64,000 nt of DNA from Phyllosticta citribraziliensis (GCF_038025025.1 NW_027117338.1:2418001-2482000); one strand, 5' to 3'. Shown: positions 48,951 through 61,549, counted from the first letter of the stretch. Notes: a model not told the origin generated them from the sequence alone. Translations and numbers: made by a program.

Positions 48951-50649
48951 GTTGGATGCTGTAGGCGCGGAGCTGAAGGATGACAGTCAGGACGGGGAGG
49001 AGCACATTGATATAGCAGTAGCTGGAGCAAGAGGCACGCTGTATGCAACAGGGTTGGTTACCCTTGGAGCAGCTACCCACTGCAGGATCCCCAAGCGGTG
49101 GTGTCGAGTATTCGTCCTAAAGCCCACATTTTACCCGGGGCATGCTGGTCAGTTGACGCGATGACGGCACTGGGGTTGGACGGCCTATCCCCGAAGGCTC
49201 GGACTCCATAAGCCTGTATAACAGCGCGTCAGACCAATGCGGGGAGAGCGTATGGGGCGCTTCTTCTAGAAAAATGGAAGAAGCTTGTCAAACGGTGCAT
49301 TAGGCGAATGAACCATCAGGAACCAAAATCTTAGCTCATTCCAACTAGACATAGCGGCATGCAATCAGATCGCGCTGGCGTGGTCGTTGATGGCGTGCAA
49401 GTGAAGGAAGTACCTCTGTAGTGCGCATGGCCGTTGCGCATCATTGAGCCATTATGCTATGCTGTCTGCTTGCGACTCGGTGGCCTTGGCTTGCACCGAA
49501 ACGAGAGATGTATGGTCCACAGAGGGTCAAACCAAGACTGAGCGCCCCGAAGCTGGCGCAAAGGGGCAGTTGGCCAACAAATGACGCCTGCAATGTAGAG
49601 CGCGAGAGTACCCACATGGAGAGTCGACTGCACCTTCCAAAAGGCCGCAAGCGTGCCGAGTCTTGGTATTCCATACGACCCTTGAAACTTTCATCTGTGC
49701 GTCCCTTGCAGCAGTAGCATGTTGGAGGGAAGATGTGTTGAGGAGGGAGCTGATTGGATGCCCTACAAGCCGCTGACAGGCTTGGAATGAAATTTTCAAA
49801 AGCTTCTTGAACAAGAGCCGCAGAGTGTCGTGCATGATGGTGTGGCGGAAGCGCCTTAAGAGGATCGCCTCTTTGGCGCATTCCCATGGTGGCTTAGGGG
49901 GAATCTGGGGGCTGACGCCCAGCTGAAATGGTCGAAGTTTGTGGCCCTCGATCATGGTCATCTAGACGCTTCGAAATGGCCGTCCTTTCTTTTGGGCTGC
50001 CGTCTGGAGTTGGTGACGGAAGCCCAGAAGTCCATGCTGCTGTCAGGCTGGAAGTTTGCCACGCTGAGTGGTCAAGACCGGGTTGTTGGCCGAAGTGGAT
50101 CCCGCGGTGCGATGTTTAGAGATGCGGAGAGACGATTCGGGCCGAGTGCTGCTCCCCAGTTCCCCTCATTCTTTCCCCACGCCGGGCATGCGACCTTAAC
50201 CAACCAATCCACTTACCAGACACATCTGACTTTGGATCTCTCCTACGTCACGCGCTTCTGTCCACGTAGAGCAGCCTCGCTTGACTCGTTGCTTGCGCGT
50301 CTTGCTTTCTCCAACGTTGATTCCCAGCGGCCCGCTCCACACACAAGCTGCGAGCAATACTCCGCCGCCTCTTCCGGGCTCCGAGAGGCTGCTCCCTGCG
50401 GCAGACCAGTTTCACCGCCAAGGCATAACGGCCTGACTGCGTGCCTTTGCGAGGCCGACTGCACATGCAACTTATTCATTCTGTGACGTTGGTTCCACTT
50501 GCGCGTTATATTTCGGCAGACCTTCTCTGAATTTCGATTCTAGACTGCTGCCGTGCTTGCAGGGTACCATGCTCTTCGTATAGAGGCGTATTCGCTCTCG
50601 GCTTCCAGCGTGGCCAAGCCATCATCATTGCAGCGGTTAAGTACCCACC

Positions 50650-51956
50650 TCAATGCTGCATCAGCATACGGCTCGCTACTTTTGATGATTCGATTTCCGC
50701 CTTTTCCAGCAGGTCGCTATCTGTGCAGCCCTCTGGCTTCAGGACTGGATTGCACCTGGCAAGACGCCTGCCCGGCAGCTCAGCAACGTAGTCGGTGCCA
50801 TATCTGCTCGCCATGCCCATTGCCGGCCAATCCGTGCTCACAATCTGCGCTCCACTCTCCAGGGCCCGCTCGAGTCTTTGTCTGGATCTCTCAATAGGCA
50901 AGAGCACCGATCTGATGGGCTCATCCGCCCGCGTTCGTACGAGGTAGCCTTTGCGCACTAGCTCTTGGATCTGCTCGAGTTTATCCCCCGATGGATCGTT
51001 CATCTTAATGAATGCAGCATCCGGCTCTCCTGGGACCGAATTGGTGAAGATGACGCGACCCTCGAGGTTCTTGTGGGATTTGCCGCGATACGGGTCGCGA
51101 AGATTTGGAGAACCGTCTGGGTCGTTGTCCATGTAAAAGAGGAACTTGCCCCTGCTCTCGTCCAAGGATGGCCATCCGTATTGCAGGACGGCCTGTTCCA
51201 AGGTCAATTGCTTCTTGGCATGCTCTTGGGCGGCCAATCGCACGTCATCCGGAGTGATGAGCCGCGAATCAGTCAGGATGCTGCGGATTTCTTCGTCGAC
51301 ATAATCCAAGTTCGTTGAGTTCCACGATTCACCCCGGGGTCCGCCCAGGACGATTATGCGCTCGTCAACGGTTTTGAATTCCAGGTCGACGAGGATGGGC
51401 AAATGGCCGGGATTGCTCTTTGACCAGTCTCGGAGATGCGTCAGGCAAATTTTGAAAGTCGGACATACGCTTTCGACATCTGCATCGGGAATGTGAAAGA
51501 CCTTGGCACTTCGCTCCTTCATCTGCGCCGACCACTCTTTGGTCGGGGGTTGATATTGACCCAATCGGCGGATGAGTGGGTCGGCAAACTGCCCCGGTTC
51601 ATCATAGTCGGCGTACAGATCAATCTCGAGGCTTCGCACAGACTGGTAGTCGAGTTGGTTGGGAAACGAGGCATGGCTGTAAAAATAGTCCTGGGGCGAC
51701 GGCATCAAGAGTTCAAAAAACGGTCTCCCGATAATGTTGACTTCTTTGTGGTAGCTGTTGTGCGTGCCCATGAACTGCACTTCGTTCAGGCGTACAGGGC
51801 TGTCGCTACGAGGGGTGAAGGGGTTTGCGAGGGCCAGAGACAACACAGCTGGTAAGACGGGTCAGTACTGGTGGACAAATTTGGCTGGGAAGAGCCCCAA
51901 CATGAGAGGACGAGATATCTGATCAAGTCACCTGCACATTGCGATGATTGGCGCAT
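50650..51956 (-). CDS. Ca2+-dependent PI-PLC X-domain protein (Streptomyces PLC1-like)
   Basis: GTHNSYH, VRSLEIDLYAD, NPGHLPI, WPSLDESRGK, GYLVRTRAD, SGAQIVSTD and ARCNPV. The main exon is 51848-50650; the short first exon (51956-51932) is uncertain. Confidence 0.85.
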
Positions 51957-52450
51957 CTTCTGAGGGCGGTCAGCTTGGGTGGAACGACGGGTAGCAGCAA
52001 GGTTGCGACGCGACGCGACGTACCTCTAGCGTTGGTCGCCGTCTTGTCAGACAGCAGATGGAGGGTTGGAGTTGTCGTGATGCGCACTCGGAGGCGACGG
52101 GAGAGTGGCATTGAAGTAGGCCAGAGGTTGAGGTGGTTGTTGCTGAGGTTGGCCATGGCGGGGTTCGATGATGTATCCTTGCAACGGCCTACCAGGTAGT
52201 TTGTGCTTCACGTGGCGGGTTGCCACGGGTTCATTGGACCAGTCTGTCCAATCTTTTTGCATGAATGCGAACCTTCAACCAATATTGGATTGATGAAAAT
52301 GTTGACTTTCATGGCCATGATGTGGCAGCTCCTCGTCACCCGGGCACGTTGGGGATTGACGTAATGTACCGTAGGTACTGCACCGATTCTCGGAGAGCTG
52401 AGCTGCGGTGCGGCGAAAAGCCGCGGCATATGCAACCACTTCCTTGAATC

Positions 52451-52495
52451 GGCTGCTCCCTGCATCCACTCTTGGAGGAGCTCCAATGCTCCCAT
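52451..52495 (-). repeat. Degenerate 33-bp pair H
   Basis: ctgctccc at 52453 and atgctccc at 52486, exactly 33 bp apart. Confidence 0.45.
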
Positions 52496-52772
52496 TGTTC
52501 TCGCAATTGATATATCGACCATTTCTGTGCCTGTTGAAACTAGGCGTCTAGGAGTTTCCCGTCCGCGCACCGTTGGGGGCGGCTTGGGCCATGTGAGTTC
52601 TCTTTGTTCGCCAGTCTTTTGCAACAAGCCTCGGAGGCGGATGTCTAGGCTTGAGCGGCGCGGACACGGCACAAACGCAAGGACGGCTGTGGCTCTGATC
52701 CGGTACAACAACTGGTCTGGTTTGATGCAGACGAGATGAGACGTGTGGGAAAATAGCAGCTGAAGAGTCAGA

Positions 52773-52797
52773 GACAGACAGACAGACAGACAGACAG
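52773..52797 (+). repeat. (GACA)n microsatellite
   Basis: About 6 perfect GACA units. Confidence 0.85.
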
Positions 52798-53481
52798 GTT
52801 GCTCCACCGACGAACAATAGACATGATGGAATGGCCGTGTTTGCTATTCACAGGATGACGAGTGGAGTTTGTCCAGGCGGGCGTCAGCGTAGTGAAACGG
52901 CGATGCATGGCCAGGTCAGACGATAGTGGGTGGTCGACGCGAGCGCGCAGCGCGTTGAGCGCGTACCCCGGACGTGAAGTGACGGGGGGCTGGGCTGAGA
53001 TGAGCCAGTTGGAGCTTCGAGCTTGCGCTGGCAGTGCATGTTGAAGCTGCAGTGCACGGGCGGCGCGACACCAAAGACACACGCTCGATACACGACTTCC
53101 TTGCCGCCCGGCCCCAGCCCCCCAGTCGCCAGCGCGCGATATACTCCCACCTCGCCCGCCCTCGACGCCCTCGACTCCCTCGTCCGCAATCCATCCCTCT
53201 CAACCCGACCTCAACACCTCTGCACCCGCCACCCCTACACCCGCCCCTTGACCATCACCATCGTTGCTGTGTGGCCGTTGTTGTCGTTGTTGTGGTGCCT
53301 GATTGACTGTTTATTTGGACTTTTCCGCCGCGGGACCGACGTCAACAAGGAAGCTCTCAACCACCTCAGCACGTCCACGCTTGCGCTCCGCCCACTACAC
53401 TACACTACACGCAAATTCCGCGACAACATCTCTGCCATCACTGTACCATTCGAGTCCATCAACCCCACCGACGTGACCATC

Positions 53482-54828
53482 ATGGCGGCTCACGTCTCCT
53501 CCCGCAAGCCGTTTGCCGTCCTCGACAGCCCCCGCCTGCAGAACCTGACCAATACCAAGAACCGCCAGAACTGTAAGCTCTAGCCGCCCACTCTTTGCTT
53601 CTGCGCTGCTCTCGTCTCGCTGCATCAATCGTTCGCTCCAATTGCCGTACTCATCAATTCCCCTACAGCAATCCCCTCGTCCGACTTTTCTTTTGCCTCG
53701 CCCTCGGGCAAGCAGCTGTCGTCGTCGCCGTCCAAGCGTCGCCTGGCGCCCACCTTCTTTGACGACGACCACGACAGCGAAAATGTCGATCCCGCTCTAT
53801 CCGACTCCCCTACCAAGCGTGTCAAGTCGCTTGACGGCTCCCCCAAAAAGCCATCCAAATTCATCCTCAACACCATCAAGCCTGATGCACCCTCGTCCTC
53901 TCGTCTGTCCACTCCGCTAGTACCCACTGCGCAAAAGGCGTCCTCGGCCCCCACCACCGCCGCCAATTCCATCTCCACCAGCAGGGGTTCTCCCAAGCAC
54001 AAGCGGGTCGGCCTGCTCTCCAAGCGCCGCACCTCTGGCTCCCCCTACACCCGCGTCGACCCTCCATCCTTTGGCCTCGGACGCCCCTCCAAGCGCACTT
54101 CTGGTCTTCCCTTTTCCATTGACGCAGCAATCAGCGGCTCCATCTCCAGCCCTGCGTCGACTCCCAAGGCGGCCAAGGCCCGCCCGGCGTCGTCCGAAGT
54201 CCAGGTGCCCACGCTCGAGGAGTCCATGCCCAAGAGTTGGTTCTTCGAGATTCACGAAGACACGCCCGAGCAGGAAGCCACCAATCTGATGGAGCACTCC
54301 ACCAACATTCTCGACATTTCGTCCAATGACGATTCGGACACCAAGTCCAGAAACGAAACTCGCGAAAAGGGCAAGGAGAACATCCCGCCCCCAGACTACT
54401 GCCTGACCTCGTCTCGATCCGCAAGCGACGGCGAAGCCGCTGCCGACGAGTCGGTCAAGTCGAAACTCCGCCGCAAACTCGAGGAAAATGCCATGGACGA
54501 GGATCGCTCTCCCCTGTCGGATCTGCCCGCCTCCGACTACTTTGGCGAGGGCTTGGACGCCAACTCTCACGTCATTGTCGACGGCATCGCGCCGGAGAAG
54601 GGCTCATCGCTGTCCAAGGAGTGCAAGTTTGATGACTCCGAGTCTCCTTCCGACGAGTCCGAGAACCCTGCAGTAGCCGACGAAGGTCCGGAAGAAGCCC
54701 CTGATGCACATGACGATGCCTCTTCCAGCGACTCAAAATCCAACGTCGCAGAACCACTACCAGAAAAGGAAGAGTTTGTCGTCTTTGACGAAAATGCCGT
54801 CGCTCCCGAGTCGGACGCCGCCAAGTAG
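53482..54828 (+). CDS. Disordered protein with ABBA-KEN-D-box motifs (Acm1-like APC/C regulator)
   Basis: Exon 1 MAAHVSSRKPFAVLDSPRL, intron 53573-53668. Motifs FEIHEDTPE, GKENIPP and RSPLSDL, with many SP/TP sites. Confidence 0.8.
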
Positions 54829-55450
54829 AACGTCAGCGGATGTCTGATTCTCACCCAGGAACTTTCCTGGCGTGATGGAGCGAGTGCTTGCAGTATTATA
54901 CCCCTTGACGAGTGGCTAGGCCTCTGCTGTCGCATCTTTACCTTCTAATCGTATTCGTTTCTCGCGGTGCTGCCGCCATTTGTAGGGCTGGGCCAGGGAC
55001 AAAACAGGGGACCGAGGCGTTGTGGTGTATTCCTGTCTTTTCGTTGTTTCGCCATTTTTCCCCCGGTAATATCTTGCCCACGGCCATGGTGCTGGAGCAT
55101 TCACCGTTGGTTCGGTCATGTCCGGTCTTTTGAATTACGCTGTCATGTCGGATGTTTAACGGCTGTTGGTATTCAACATTTGCTTTGTGGCTGTGGATAG
55201 TTATTCAATCATGGGCTGCAATATTTCGGCTTGAAGTGAAGACTGAATTAAGACTTGAATGCTTAACGTTAACCTTGTCGAGTTCCTGAACATGGTTTGG
55301 GCTGTCGGTTGAGTTGAAGATGCTCCGCTGCTCGAGACTTGGTGGCGCTGGCTCGCGCCGGCGACTGATCGGCCGGAGAAACCCGACGCCCGCCGCCATT
55401 CGTCCCCGGAAAGTTGACGAGCAGCGCAGCAGAAACGACACTTCTGCCCA

Positions 55451-56611
55451 ATGGCTTCGACACCGCGCTGTCTGGCCCATCTGGGCCGACAATCTCTCAG
55501 GACCACCTCGATACGACCGACGACGACGACGTTACGGACAGGCCTCGCGGCATCGCCGGCGCCCTCGCTGCTGCTCCCGCTGCAGCAGTTCCGCGGCGCG
55601 GCCAGCCCGGCCAAGAAAAAAGATGGCAGCGGCAAGAAGAAGGCGCTGAGCAAGTCGTTCAAGGTGCCCGACATGAAGCTTGCGATACAGTTCCCGCTGC
55701 TGGACGCCATGCGGTACGTTTACACCGAGGGAGGGGAAGAGACAGGCGACGCCACCGCGAAGGAAAAGCGCCTGGGCAGGGCACACGAGAGGCAACAACA
55801 GCAGCAGACCGAAGCTGACCATTCGCTCTTCTCCCTCACAGCTACCTCCGCGCCTTCGAGATGCGCTACCCCGACGTGACGGGCCGCTACGAGGTCCACG
55901 TCCGCTTCCGCACCGAGCGCAGCGGTCCCACGATCCGCAACCGCATGCGCCTGCCACACCCGGTCAAGGTCGACTTGCGCATCTGCGTGATAGCGCCGCG
56001 CGACTCGCCGGCAGGGCAAGCAGCGCTGAAGGCGGGCGCCGCCGTCGTCGGCGAGGACGAAATCTTCGAGGCGGTGCGCGCCGGCAAGATCGACTTCGAC
56101 CGCTGCCTCGCCGTCGCCGAGTCGATGCCCAAGCTCATGAAGGCCAACGTGGCCAGGATCCTGGGTCCCCAGGGCCTCATGCCTAGCGCCAAGATGAACA
56201 CGGTCGTCAAGGATGCGAAGGACGTGGCGACGGCTGTGGGCGACATGGTCGGCGGCACCGAGTACAGGGAGCGTGTCGGTGTGGTGCGCATGGCGATTGG
56301 CAATATGGATTTCACGCCCGACATGCTGTCCGCCAACATCAAGATATTTTTGGAAAGCGTCAAGAAGGACATTGCAAAGATTCCGGACAATTACTCCAAG
56401 AGCATTCACGAAGTGGTGAGTTGGAATCTGGAGGAATTTCTCTTGCCAGGTGGAGTGAGCTATTTGGCTAATTTTCTCAAAACAGGTGCTGAGCTCGACA
56501 CACGGTCCTGGGTTCAGCCTGAGCGGTGAGATTGCTGGGCCCGAATCGCCCAAGCCCGAGGAGCTGGTTGAGAGAGACGAGAATGAGGCACCCGCGGCCG
56601 TCGCTGCGTAA
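55451..56611 (+). CDS. Mitochondrial ribosomal protein uL1m (Mrpl1-like)
   Basis: Presequence, then DAMRYLRAFE, RLPHPV, ARILGPQGLMPSAK and VLSSTHGPGFSL. Introns at about 55714-55841 and 56416-56485. Confidence 0.93.
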
Positions 56612-56843
56612 ATGATGACGCGCTCCTAGGGGTATCGTATCAAAAGTCGAGAGAACTGGAAGAAGATGTAGAGTGCATCGTGTGGAACGACCTGGGCTTC
56701 GCGATGCCCTGGAATGCTGTAACATAGCCGTCCTTACTCTGCCGTCTGTCAGAAATATACCCTTTGTCATGTCCTGCATCCATTCGCACAAGCCTGACAC
56801 TTTGGCCGTCCACAACAACGAAGAAGCAGACAGATGATGCCCA

Positions 56844-57933
56844 TCAACCCGACCGCTCACCCTTGAGCACCTTGACAGCCTCGGCGCCCTCGTCCATCTC
56901 GGCATAAATGCTCATGATTTGCAAGACGCGGCGCTGGCCTGTCACGCCCGCCGCCTTTGCATGCTTGAGAGCGGCGCCCAGGTCAAGCAGCAGCGTGTTG
57001 CGGATCTTGATGAGGCGCGGTTCCTGCGCGACGAGGAAGGGATGTTCGGCCCCAATGTGGTCGGCCAGCTGGCGTATGCTGAGGTACTGACGGACGAGGC
57101 GGCGCAGACGCGGGAGGGAGACGGCGCCAGGGATATCTTGTTGTTCATCGTCCGCATCACTGTCTTCGTCCTCATAGTCCTCCTCATCATCATCGTCGTC
57201 GTCGTCGTCGCTGCCATCATCCGACAACTCGGCAGCCGCACCGCTTTCCCCCCTCTTCATCTTGTTGTGATTCTTCTTCCCCCACGCCCCGCCGCCCATG
57301 ACATTATCCTGCGCCACGCCCAGCGCATCCTCGCACTCCGCGACCCTCCCCTCAACCTCGAGCAACGCCCTCGCGACGTGCGCCGCCCTCCGCGTGCGCT
57401 CCCTCTCCTCCACCAGCGCCGCCACCTCGTCCTCGCGGCCCTTGACCACGGCCCCGACGTCGCCGAGGGCGCCGCGCAGGCCCAGCACGCCGACGCGCAC
57501 CTCCTCGACGCGCTCCTCGCCGCCCTGCAGCGCCTGGCCCAGGCTCAGGAAGTCGACGTAGTTGCCGTTGACCAGGTCGAGCAGCTCGCGCGCGATGAGC
57601 TGCGACCGCGCGCGCAGGTCCGACCGCAGGTCCGACAGCGTCTGGTGCCGCTGCGACAGCGTCGAGAGGTAGGCTGGGGCGGAGAAGGTCGACGGCGGCA
57701 CGGTGAAGGGGGAGCGCGGGAGCGGGAGCGGGTAGGGGAGGTCGTCGATGTCGGAGGAGGACGAGTCGTCGTTGTCGTGGGTCGGCGAGGCGCGTGTGAG
57801 TGGGGAGGGAGGCGAGGGCCGCGGCGATGCGTGGCGTCGCGAGACGTGGTTCTGAGTTGACTTGTCAATGCCTTGTCGGTGTTGACTGCACTCGCCCTGT
57901 GCCAACAGACGGACGCACCTCGATCTGGCTCAT
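56844..57933 (-). CDS. COG2: Conserved oligomeric Golgi complex subunit 2 (short fungal form)
   Basis: Exon MSQIE plus intron 57918-57852. FSAPAYLSTLSQRHQTLSDLRSDL and ELLDLVNGNYVDFLSLG (COG2 N-terminal domain), with an acidic insert. Confidence 0.85.
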
Positions 57934-59056
57934 GATGGTCGTAGCAGCAGTGGTGATTTGCGAGGGGGGTGGTGGCCGCGGTAGCAATCAGTTGCGAGCA
58001 GACGTAGGATCCTGCCTCAACGTTTCGGCATCGGATGCGTGGTCGGCGGAGGAATTCTGCTTTGCAGTTGGGGTCTGCGACGGACGTGGCATGAAGCTTT
58101 GGGTCCGCTGGTTTGGCGGGCGCGCCGCTGCGGGTTGCGGATGCGCCGCCGATCTCCCGCGCGCCGCGTGCCGTCCGTGGTAAGTACGTCTGAGCTTCCT
58201 TCCTTGGATTGGTTTTGCCTGCGGGAGCATCCGAGCATCTCATTGTGCGAGGGAAATGCCAGGGTTTCGAAGTCTCCATAGCGATGGTTGTGTCCTATCG
58301 AAGGTTTCGCAAAACATGTTTTGATATCAGCCGTATGGCTTTGAGTCGTCTTCAAGAGACATGAGATACTCTGCACAAAAAGCTTTTGGCACGCATCTCT
58401 TTCTCGCTCAAGCTTGGATATCCCTTTAGCTGGATTATTCCAGTCTATCCTTTTTCCTGTGATAGTGGCACGAGATAGGTCATTCTTTCTCTCAAATTGG
58501 CCAAATGGTTCTTCCAACGTTAAAAATCCCGTGGACCTTCAACGACGTCTCCGTGCTCTCTGATTCCCCTTCATAGCCAGTGTCATAAAGCCAGCTCAAG
58601 TGCAGACGGTCTGAAAAGCCAGAAATCTGGATTAAGATATGCTGAGCCTCCATCAGGTAAGATAGAGCGCAGGTCCAACCCAAGTTAGATAAATAAACGT
58701 AAGAAAAAGAAGTGAAAGTGTTTGAGGGCGGAACCTTGTACCACACTCAACTGCTCAAATGCTCCTGATCTCCATCTTTCTGTTGAGCGACTCTTATGCC
58801 TTTGGCTCTAGAGATGAATATTTCGGATCTCTTTGGCTCTAGAGAGCTCGACTGGTGCGCACTCCCCCGGCTCGACGGCCTTTCTTCAATTTCTCGCCTC
58901 GTTCTTGCGTTTGTCACGACTTTTTAAGCACGCTCCACAACGAAGAAAATCGCCGCATATGTACCTACGTTGCGGAGGACATGAAGCAAAGTAAATGTAG
59001 GCACAGGCAGGTCCAGCCAATCAAAAACGTCAACCGCACACCCTTCAACGCCATGC

Positions 59057-59700
59057 TCATTGGATATTCATACCGCCGAACGCACGATCCAGCTGCTCGC
59101 CCTCATCGCTCTGGACCTGGGGCTGCGGCTCATCGTCGAGCAAGTTCACAGCAGCAGCACCACCAGGACCCTGCTGCGTCTGCATCAGCGACGACGACGC
59201 CCCGCCCTTGCGCTCGGGCTCGAGCATCTTGACGTCCTGATCGAGCCAGCCGGGGGCAATCTGGCGCTTGCGGGCGAGGTCGCGCTCGCGGAGCTGCTCG
59301 TCCCACTTGCCGACGACGGAGCGCGTGTCGTCGATGAGCTGCGTCAGGTGCGTCTGCAGCGCGCGGCACGAGGCGATGATGTCGTCCGGGTGCGCGGCGT
59401 GCCCGCTGCTCGACACGACGTAGGCGGACTTGGGCGGCGCTTGCTGTGGTGCGCCGTCGGCGTCCGAGGGTTGCGGTGTAGCGGTCGTGTTGGTCGAGGT
59501 CGCGGGCGGGTCGGTGATGGAGGGGGGAAGGGTTGATGGGAGCGTTTTGTATGTGTATGGTAGCGGCGTGGCCGTGGGGAGTGAGATGAAGGGAGAGACG
59601 GTGAGAGGGACTTGCGCGAGGAGTGGGTGAGGATCTGGACGTGTGGTCAGTCGTTGGTTGTTGCATCTTGGGATGGAGGCGTACGGTCTTCGTGATTCAT
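59057..59700 (-). CDS. Conserved fungal hypothetical protein
   Basis: MNHED, intron 59684-59635 (gtacgc..ctgac..ccag), then HPHPLLAQVPLTVSPF...YTYKTLPSTLPPS...KRQIAPGWLD...GEQLDRAFGG. Confidence 0.8.
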
Positions 59701-60043
59701 GATTGGAGCTTGCTGCGCGAATGAGTGCTGTAAGGGATGGACGAGGCGCAGGCCAGTGGTATAACCCGGTTTGAAACAGACTTCAATGGCAGCGATTGAT
59801 GAGTGAAGTTGGTAGAGTTCATGTATGGTATACAGTTGGAGTTCAGCTCACTTCCGGAATGCACGTGCGGCGCGAGCTTCCGTTTGTGGCGTCAGCCCTA
59901 TGTTATGGCCTGATTTCAAGCCGCCATGCATTTTGCGGCGAGCATGGTCCAAAACCCTTTTTTCCCTCGTCCAAAATCCCATGCCCATAGCGCTCTTCCC
60001 ATCCATCGCACCCATTGTCTAACCTTGTGCAGCGGCTTCCACC

Positions 60044-60630
60044 ATGAACACCGTCAGTCCACTGCTCCGCGCCATCCGCGTGCTTTCTGAGAGCTAACTC
60101 GGCCACAGATCAGATCTACCGCGTACGTCACCACTCTCCCCGATCCTCTTCCTCCACCATACAGGCACTGTAGCGGTGCTCGTTTCCAGCCCAACTCACA
60201 CATAGCGTCTTGTACAGCTATGGCTGGGGCGTCCTGATTGTCGGTACGTGCTCGACTGGCCGCTCCACCGAACGAGGCCCACGGCCCACGAATCCAAGCC
60301 CACAAGCATCAGGACAATGCTAACAGCGTCGCGGGGAACCCAGCCGGTGGAGGAGCGTACTTCTTCGCCAAGAAGCAGATCAACAACGAGCGGGCTGAAA
60401 AGGCCGTCGCCGACCGCAAGAAGAGAGAGATGCTCGCGCGCCTCGAGGCTGCCAGCGCCGAGGCCGCCCACAGCGCCAGCACCAACGGCAGCAACCCGAG
60501 CCACGAGGCAACGCAGGACCCGGCGGCCACGAGGCACGCGCCCGAGACGCAGCAGCAGCAGATATGGGAGAAGAGCAAGTACGAGGCCAGCGAGCCGTTC
60601 CGCAGCAAGAAGGGAGACCGCTTCAGTTGA
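60044..60630 (+). CDS. Small single-TM protein (DUF4748-like)
   Basis: Four exons (60044-60052, 60109-60122, 60218-60243, 60344-60630) give MNTIRSTAYGWGVLIVAGGGAYFFAKKQINNER...SKYEASEPFRSKKGDRFS. Confidence 0.85.
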
Positions 60631-61312
60631 GCGAATGGGCCGGGACATTCCGATGCGGGCGTTTTGGGAACCGACATGCAGAGAACAAATGGAACCTGGT
60701 GGGGTTGACGTCACTTTTCAGACTGCGCTGACGGCAGGCTTGGGTGTGGGAGCAGAACTGCTTCGAAACTGTACCAACAGGGGGCGGAGGCACAAATGAA
60801 TGCTTCAACATAATGGACGGCGGCACTCTTCTCAAAAGGACCTTCTTCACGATGACGGCCGACGTTCACAGCGATGCCGGAGTTTTTTTTTGAAAGTTGA
60901 ATATTTGAATATATTTACTTGCTCAAAAATTTGGTCTTCTCTCGGTCTCTTTCTCTCTTTCACAAAAGAAAATATGCTGCTGGTCTGCCATGTCTAGCGC
61001 CAGTGGTCGCTCCCCGATCGGCACAATGCATGCCCAAAAAAGACGCTCGAAAAAAACCCCGTCCGTGGGGGAGCGACTGTCAATGAAGTCCTGGTATCTG
61101 TCCCTTAAAACGCCAAAAAGATGATGCGCCACCGCCGCTACAAGAGGACGACATCGAGGGTCAATCACTCTTGCGGGGGGTCCGTTTTTGCGCCAGCCCA
61201 ACTCGGAAGCACGATATCGAAGTGGAAGCAACTAGAGCCCTTCGCGCGTTGCTCGCGTGCCCTTAGAATTTAGGGCTGGGCGTGAAGGAAATGCGCGGTC
61301 TAGCAGAGGAGG

Positions 61313-61549
61313 TCAGTCAGCTTGGATCCAGGAGTGGATGGATGGATGGGCAACATACTTGGTCAGGTAGGAGCCGTCGCGCTTGGCCTGGCGGGACTGC
61401 AGGTAGGGGTGGACGAAGGGCAGCACGACGCCGAGCGTGATGGCGCTGTGGGCGAGGAGCAGCTGCAGGCGCGAGATGTCGGCCGACATGCTGGAGCGCG
61501 TCGAGTAGCGGCGGAGAGCAGTGGCAGCGAAGGAGCTGATGGGCGACAT
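61313..61549 (-). CDS. 78-aa putative mitochondrial single-TM microprotein
   Basis: CCACC-ATG context, a presequence-like MSPISSFAATALRRYSTRSS, a hydrophobic LLLAHSAITLGVVLPFV segment and strongly C/G-ending codons. Probable 5'UTR intron at about 61860-61613. Confidence 0.6.
   Translation of the reverse strand: MSPISSFAATALRRYSTRSSMSADISRLQLLLAHSAITLGVVLPFVHPYLQSRQAKRDGSYLTKYVAHPSIHSWIQAD

Noticed and set aside
58017..58850. Overlapping minus-strand ORFs and a 14-bp direct repeat (ctttggctctagag at 58800 and 58831)
   Set aside because: No recognisable domain or splice model. The repeat has only two copies and a different period (31 bp).
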